Made by a program: the position numbers and the translations under genes. Shown in pieces: positions 55,611-64,000 of a stretch of 64,000 nucleotides of DNA. Positions within the stretch are counted from its first letter, which is position 1, and each line of letters begins with the position of its first letter. This DNA comes from Chrysomallon squamiferum (taxonomy: Eukaryota; Animalia; Mollusca). Below the pieces are notes generated by a model, which was given only the letters and a program-made list of their open reading frames with translations, had not been told where the DNA came from and did not search any database. The DNA lies in NCBI GenBank assembly GCA_012295275.1, contig CM022671.1, forward strand, positions 4,588,001 through 4,652,000. The letters run 5' to 3'.

Positions 55611-56325
55611 TTTTTTTTTTTTTGTATTTAGCGTTCGCGATGTATTTTGAAATTTATATTCATTACGTAAAATAGAGGCCCGCGTAAATCAATCAACAAC
55701 ACATTTGCGAATTCTGAAACTAAACACACAGAAGGAAACTCGTTTTATTCTTTAAATATATGCATCACATTCCAAGTGACTTTTTTTTATATATTTAAAG
55801 CCCATGCTGTGAATTGCTATTACGGCCAATAAGTGTAAATGTTGTCAGGAAATCCCAGATCAGTGCGCTCTGCCCAAACGAAATCATCCTTCGCAAACTT
55901 TATTTTATAAATAAATAATTAATTTTAAAGTGACTTCATTGAAATTCCAGTCACACTAACGTAACGGTAATTTAACGTAAAGAGTAGTTTAAGGGGGAAA
56001 ATTTACTTATTTTTCTGCATTTTTATTATCATTCAGATTGTATTATAATGATTAAGGTTTCTGCCTTAAAGCAGATAAAAACTTATAAGTTAATTTGGGA
56101 GGTGTATGACTAAAAATATTGTTTCTTTTCCCTAATAATGAGAAATCGAAAAACCTTTAATATGTGCTTGAATGTCTATGAATATTAACCGAGTGTTGTT
56201 AAATATAGATTTATTAACGTTTTACCATAAATAAATAAAACAAAGTGCATTAGAAATAACTGTTAATAAATAATATGAATATAAGAGGATGTATATACAT
56301 ACATAATACATACATAGATATATAT

Positions 56326-56356
<31 letters not shown>

Positions 56357-56557
56357 CATACATACATACATACATACATACATACATACATACATACATA
56401 CATACATACATACATACATACATACATACATACAGACAGACATACATACATACATACATACCAACCGACAGATACATTGCGTTATGTTTATATACGCACA
56501 GAGATACAATGACATAGAAATAAAGAAATATATATGGAAAGATAAAAACAGTAAAAA

Positions 56558-56669
<112 letters not shown>

Positions 56670-57172
56670 CAACGAGTAGATTTATTCAAATAAGCAAGAC
56701 AGACTTAAATTCAGAAAATTACAGGTGAAGAGAAACAGAAATAAAATAACTGAATTCGGCCGCACGGACTTCGAGGCCCAATACAAAAGCTTACACAGAT
56801 TATGTCTAAATCAAGCAATGGACTTGTTGACCGGAACTCAATCAGAGAAAAGTTCAAGGGACAATTTATATGGAAATTTAGCGTCTGGTTGCCACGGGCG
56901 ACTTATTACACGTGAAAACAAAGTGAAGAGAAATTCACGGTAAATTTATTGGTGAAGTCACGAGAAAGTTCTCTGTGGTCCTGTGGTTAGAACGCTCGTC
57001 TAAATGTTGGGGGGGGGAAATGGAGGTCTGTAACTTAAGTTTTAAAGTTATTCTCAGTTCTTTCGTTTGTTATGTGATATATTTGTGACTGTATATCTTA
57101 TGTACCTGTGGATGTGTTTGAGAGTGTGTGTGTGTGTGTGTGTGTGGTTGTGTGTGTGTATGTGTGTGTGAC

Positions 57173-57281
<109 letters not shown>

Positions 57282-58024
57282 GTGAGAGAGCGAGAGAGTA
57301 CACATGTATTTTATTTTATTACTTTTAATTTTGTTTTATTTATTAATATAGTAGGCGTTAACGTTATAGAATCTTACTTACTAGTAATGGAAATATCAAC
57401 ATATTAAAACATGTTCTGGTAAGTTTTGCATATATTTTTTTCCCTTGGGATTACTAAATAAATTAACTTTGAAAAGTTTAAAATAGTAGAATATTACATT
57501 TTGAAGGAAAAATACAATAACATCAGAAGAGGATTGCAAATTCAAAGAAATATCATGTTAAATGATATTAGATATTTCCCAATTTTCAATCGATTTAAGT
57601 GCCCACATCATATGAAAAAAAAAAAAAAAAATAAAAAAAAATCTATAGAAAGAAGCAACAAGACATGAAAAAAATAAATAAAATAAAATAAAATAATATA
57701 AAATAAAATAAATAAATAAGTAACTAAAATAAAATAAAATAAAATAAAATATAATATAATAAAATAAAATAAAATAAAATAAATAAATAAGTAAATAAAA
57801 TAAAATAAATAAAATAAAATAAAATAAAATAAAATAAAATAAAATAAAATAAAATAAAATAAATAAATGTAGTTTAAATCATATTATACAAATCGAGAGT
57901 CTACCAGAAAATTAGGTCTAAAAGTAATTATTTTTAACCAGAAAGAAAGCCTGAGTTTTCCTGGAATATAACAGACAACCTGATCCAGATCAATAATCGT
58001 TATCCCTCTTCGCTGAGTGTATCA

Positions 58025-59255
58025 ATCAAGACGCTTACGTTATTAATAAATAAAAGTCTATAACGTGAAGGCTTACCTCACTGATAAAAGTCTTTAATAT
58101 CAGTAATTACGTTACTGGTGATTATTACTCCTTACGTATTGAAAGTTACTTTATTGGTAAGTATTTGTGTAAAGTTAATGCTTAAGTTATTGTTGAATAA
58201 AAGTTTGTTATGCGAATTTTGCGTTACTCATAAATACAGTTCTATAAATGCTAATTCAAACGTAATTAATAAATACAATTATATAAATGCTAGGCTGGCG
58301 TTACTGATAAATAAGTGAGTGAAATGAACGCTTAACATAAAAAATTATTAATAAATAAATGTTGTAATGCGAATAAATACTAGTAAATAAAATTCTATAA
58401 AGCATAATGTTTACGTTGTTAACAAATAGAATTCTATAAAGGTTAATTCTTATGTTATCAGTAAATAAAATTCTACAAAAATTAATGCTTTAAAACCTTA
58501 TTATACGTCTTTAATAAACAAGGGACTGTAGTGTATAAGATTATTATCTTGATGATAAATGTTAAATTTTTTAACGTTATTCATAAATAAAGATCTATCG
58601 CCTTAATACATACGTTATTGATAAATAAATGTTTATATTGTTAACGCTTTTGTTATTAATAAACAAACGTCTGTGTGTTAATGCGTACGTTATTGATAAA
58701 TAAAATTCAATAATGTTAAAACTTTCTTTATTAATGTAGTATTAACGTAAACATTATTAACAAACAAAAGTCTATAACGTTTTTGATAAATAAACATTTA
58801 TAACACTAACGCTTACGTTATTGATAAATAAAAGTAAATGATGTAAAAAGTTTCTTTATTAATGTAGTGTTAACTTTAATAAATAATTATCCATGTTTTT
58901 GATAAATAAATATTTACGTTATTGCTAATAAATAAATGTCTATAAGTTAATAATAAATAAAAATTTATAACACAAACGCTTACGTTATTGATAAATAAAA
59001 GCCACTAATGTAAAAACTTTTATTATTAATGTAGTGTTAACTTTGACATTATTAACAAATAAAAGTCTATAACGTTTCAGATAAATAAACATTTGTAACA
59101 TTAACATTTACGTTATCGACAAATAAACCGTTTGTAACGTTAACATTTACGTTATCGATAAATCAACCGTTTGTAACGTTAACATTTACGTTATCGATAA
59201 ATAAACCGTTTGTAACGTTAACATTTACGTTATGGATAAATAAAAGCCCATAACG
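58025..59255 (+). repeat. Degenerate ~39-bp AT-rich minisatellite (gttaacatttacgttatcgataaataaaccgtttgtaac)
   Basis: Recurring ttacgttattgataaataaa core. Near-perfect units at about 59100-59245. Confidence 0.85.
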
Positions 59256-59689
59256 CTCGCTGTTCGGAACTCTTCTCTCCAGAACCAATTTGATGAGGCG
59301 AGAATACAAAACCCATTTTTACTCTTTAATCTATCTCCACTGAAGCAATTTCTCTCGTCTGGCTGAACGGTCTAGCCGGCGTTTTGTAAAGATAAGTGCC
59401 GATTGGTAAATGGTGTTTGTTTCTAAATGTTCCCGTGGGTATAACGGAAATAAACTGAATGTTTTGGAAAACGAATGAACAAAAAAAAAAAAAAAAAAAG
59501 AAAAAAAAAGATTGTCCTTAAACGAAAGCTTTCAGCGGTTATTTTTCTTTCCCCAGACACGTCCCTTGATAGATATGTGAAAATAATGTAAATCGTTTTG
59601 TTAACGGTTAAATGATTTCTAAAGTTACCTGCATGTAAGCTTATGTACTTACATGCATGCTTATAAATAGTCGTGTGTCTGCGTGCATA

Positions 59690-59768
<79 letters not shown>

Positions 59769-59872
59769 TCATAAACATACATATGCACATAATTATGTTT
59801 TTTGGGTGCGTTCCCGAATACCGTCTATGTGCAGAATCTAATCAGACATTCATAGTCATAATACTTACATAC

Positions 59873-59903
<31 letters not shown>

Positions 59904-59964
59904 CACACATACATACATACATACATACATACATACATACATACATACATACATACATACATAC

Positions 59965-59995
<31 letters not shown>

Positions 59996-60538
59996 CATAC
60001 ATACATACATACATACATACACACACATACATACACACACACACATACATACATACATACATACCTATACATAGACACACACAGACATACTTATCTCCAT
60101 TATCATCATCGTCGTCATTATCCACGTAATAATCATACAGATCTCTGTTGTTGTTGTTGTTCAAAAGGAAACAAAACGCATGACGCCACTGAAGTGTAAT
60201 AATGTGTACACGCTTTGCAGATCGCGTTGATTACACGGTCTGTTTAATAAATTAATTCTTAATGGGCACCTAGACACGTTTGACGCTGGTGGACAGAACA
60301 AACAGCTGTTTATAAATAAATAAAGGGATTGAGAAGAGAAACGCAATTTAGCGATCAGACTCGCTTATCATAAATGGAGGGGTATTGAAATCAATTTAGT
60401 TAATGTGGTACACAGTTAATTAAAGACGTTTTTCGGGTAAAAATGTAGAGATGAAAATAACAATTAGCTATATGACTGATGCAGAGAGACAGACAGACAG
60501 ACAGACAGAAAAGCAGAGGCCGAGAGACAGAGAGATTG

Positions 60539-60689
<151 letters not shown>

Positions 60690-60709
60690 GTAAGTAAAAA
60701 AAGAGGGTT

Positions 60710-60888
60710 ATCTTGGAAAATGAAGAAATGTAGATCGTCAAATGAAAGGAGTATGACTGGAATAATAATTCAAAATTACAGCAGCCAGGAGAAAAAGAGA
60801 AGATGAAAACCAAATGGACAAGCTATAACAAAATACGTAAAGAATTCTAGATTGGGAAAACAAAGTGGTGTGACAAGAATACTGAAAG
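60710..60888 (+). repeat. Dispersed ~180-bp repeat, copy 2, followed by (AG)n
   Basis: Direct repeat of 30419-30601. Confidence 0.9.
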
Positions 60889-60903
60889 TCGAGTTCGGCT
60901 AAT

Positions 60904-61045
<142 letters not shown>

Positions 61046-61822
61046 AACAACAACAAAACAACAAACGAACATAACAAATAAAGATTATTTTGATAACAGG
61101 CAATGCAATTAGCATCTTGGTCATTAGATCGCGTGATAAACGCACCTTCGCACTTTTTAGGTCACACCGTTAAGCACGAAAGGAAGCTTTTAAACGAAAT
61201 ACGACAAATCAAATTAAGCACAAGAAAACAACAGATCTGTTCAGTGGGTTTTGGGCCAGTTTTATTTCTTTTTGTAACCACCGCACCATCCCAGCACACA
61301 AACGAATCAGGGACGCTGGGATATTCTGTTAAACTGCTGGATATCAAAAGTCTCTTCTTAATCCTAAACACGACAGGCACTGGGAGGACAGGAAAAAGAA
61401 ATAACATTTTTTTTTTTAAAAAGAAATTTCTCTGGTGAACGCTGCTTGCTTTTATTAATCTTCTTTTTCACACGCAGGGGACTCAACTCTGATCGATCGA
61501 CGTAATTGGCCGATCTCTTCAGGTGCAGAGATCACGTGACAAATGAAAACACAACTCACTCAAGGCCCCGACGTCTTACTCATTTACCCACCTCCTGAGA
61601 AATCAAACAAAGAGAGAGGTTACGTTTCTGTAATTATCTTCTACGAGATATTCATGAGTTTTCTGACGGGTTTTTCGATTGTTGTTGTTTTTGTGTTGTT
61701 TGTGTGTGTGTTGTGTGTGTGTGTGTGTGTTTTTTTTTTAATATCGTACCTTAGCCAAATAAATACAGTATATTTTATACACTTTAAATTTTTATTTTTG
61801 TTTATTATTATTATTATTATTA

Positions 61823-61870
<48 letters not shown>

Positions 61871-62394
61871 TTTATTTATTTATTTTTTTATTTATTTTTT
61901 TTTTATATTTTTTATCTCTTTATTTATTTATTTATTTTATTTTTTTCATATTTTTTCTTTCTTATTAAAGTGATTATTTTAATTGTGATAAAAAATACTA
62001 AATAAATTTTTTATACTTTCAAATATTTTATTTCTCGATAGAATATTTTGAGATCTTGTATTCATATACATGTTATTTCCACACGTTTGTTTTGTTTGTA
62101 ACTGAAAACCAATCTTTGCAAATAATAAAGTATGTGACAGAGCAGAAGGAGGATATTCCTTTCTTTATTGCAAACTCGTGACGTCACCTTGTACCTAATG
62201 AAACCTGTGTAATATTTGAATCACGGTTAAACAACTGAAAAGGATAAGATTAAAAATTTTATTTTTTTTTTAATTTATTATTATTATTTTTTAACAACAA
62301 AAACAAAATAACAATAAAAACAAAAAAAAAAAAAACATATAATAGCTTTAACGAATAAGGAGTCGAATTCTGAACTCCCAATAGAAGACCAAGA

Positions 62395-62564
62395 CCATAC
62401 TTCCTTGTTCTCTTTCTTAAAACAGAGAATTCCCGAAGGATCCCTCGTTCTCTTTCTTAAAACAGAGAATTGATCCCGAAGGCCATAGTTCCTCGTTCTC
62501 TTACTTAAAACAGAGAATTGATCCCGTAGACCATACTTCCTCGTTCTCGTACTTAAAACAGAGA
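62395..62564 (+). repeat. ~48-bp tandem repeat x4 (ccatacttcctcgttctcttacttaaaacagagaattgatcccgaagg-like)
   Basis: Four copies of gttctc(t/g)t(t/a)cttaaaacagaga with short indels in the linkers. Confidence 0.88.
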
Positions 62565-63094
62565 TATAGTCGATTTCCTGAATTCAGGAATTAATCGTGT
62601 AAATGCTAAAAACAGATGGACGATTATTTCTGATGATTTTAGTACGGGGGGGGGTTGTTGTTTAGCTCGGTAAGACATGCGACCAATTCAGTATGATGGG
62701 TTGACGTGCAACATCGTCGCTGACGTGGTCCGTGTTAAAAAGTGACATGAAAACATTTCGCTTACAAGATAATTACAGATTTATAAGATACGGATTGTGA
62801 TGCGATGCATCATCGTTATCGTAGACAACGACGTCGTCATTAATGTTGCCGGCGCTGTAGTCGTTAGCACGAAGATCATTAATTACTTGTCATAATTAAT
62901 ATCACTGCAGTCACATTTATCAGCAGAATTTTCAGATATCATCCTGAACCTCATCATCATATTTCTTATAATAATAATAATAAGAAGAAGAAGAAGAAGA
63001 AGAAGAGTAACAAAAACAACAACATCAATAGCAACAAGAATTATAATAATTAAAATGATAAAATGGATAACGATGATGATGATAATAATAATAA

Positions 63095-63132
<38 letters not shown>

Positions 63133-63799
63133 GGTAGTAGTAGTAGTAGCAGCAGCAGCAGTAGTAGTAGGAGTGGTAGTAGTAATAGTAGTAGTAATAA
63201 TAATAATAATAATAATAGTAGTAGTAGTAGTAGGATTATAATGACGGTAATAATGATGACAGTAATAATGATTAAATAATGATGACGATGAAAATAACCA
63301 TCAACATCATCATTATCAAATTATGAGACAATTTAAACAGAAAGCAATCGGTTCTGTTAGTAAGTTAGTGTGTTAGCAGCAAAAGACAAATCAGCACAGT
63401 TATCGACCTTGTCTTTTCTTAGCTGGGTCGAGTATGCGCAGCCGTTCGATTTTATCGTCTGCTAGACCAAAATAGAAAGTACGTATTCCATAGGGGGCAA
63501 AAAAAGAAAAAAAGAAGGAAGAAAAGAAGAAGGATGAAGTAAAAGTAAACGGAATGAAAGAAAAATAAATAAAAATGTATTATACAGATGAACCTTTTTT
63601 TTTTTTTTTTCGATTCGTTAACATAAGGTCTTTTATAATCACTTTCATTTATCTTAAAATTCATTACTGAATTTTTCATACGTTTTCCAGATATTTCCAA
63701 GTCAAAGTCTTTCTCCTTATAGTTCAGATTTCTATACTGTTCAGTGATATTAAATAATTTAAAGTTGAGATTAGTGTGAAGTATTTATAGGTTAGTGAC

Positions 63800-63876
63800 A
63801 AATGCTTAAACTCAGTGATATATGAATTAAATGCTTAAAGGTCAATGATATATGTATTAAATGCTTAAAGATCAGT
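63800..63876 (+). repeat. 30-bp tandem repeat (~2.5 copies; tcagtgatatatgaattaaatgcttaaagg)
   Basis: aaatgcttaaa occurs three times, about 30 bp apart. Confidence 0.7.
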
Positions 63877-64000
63877 CAGTACTAGTTATTTTATAGGTCA
63901 GTGTGTGATATCTTACAGGACAGTATCAACAACTCAACAGGCCAATAATTATCTATAAGGCACAATGTTTAATTTAAAAATGTTTTAAAATCATGTGTTT

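Noticed and set aside
55238-55631. Repetitive ORFs and CRISPR-like appearance
   Set aside because: A 34-bp unit (not a multiple of 3) cycles through frames, and there are no unique spacers. It is a minisatellite.
61103-61438. 111-aa ORF in a unique island
   Set aside because: No homology cues or consistent splice sites.

Overview
AT-rich, microsatellite-dense eukaryotic (animal) DNA. A SINE resembling the molluscan tRNA/Nin(Deu)-domain family suggests a mollusc, probably a gastropod (inference). Nearly all ORF-track entries are microsatellite artefacts. Three spliced genes can be built by hand in the first 20 kb with consistent GT-AG phases. (1) A minus-strand JMJD8-like JmjC protein with a signal-anchor helix and C-terminal TPRs (coding exons 9618 down to 2177, 474 aa). 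Its upstream Lys/Thr-rich repeat region is interrupted by an apparent pair of compensating frameshifts that a 144-nt cryptic intron would remove exactly. (2) A head-to-head plus-strand divergent ninjurin-like gene (13570-15020). (3) A convergent minus-strand C3HC4 RING E3 ligase with two C-terminal TM helices (19757-17523, 285 aa). From about 20 kb to 64 kb I found no credible coding exon. That stretch is a series of CpG-containing unique islands separated by microsatellites, which looks like a regulatory gene desert or very large intron. It also holds several polarised minisatellites and a dispersed ~180-bp repeat.
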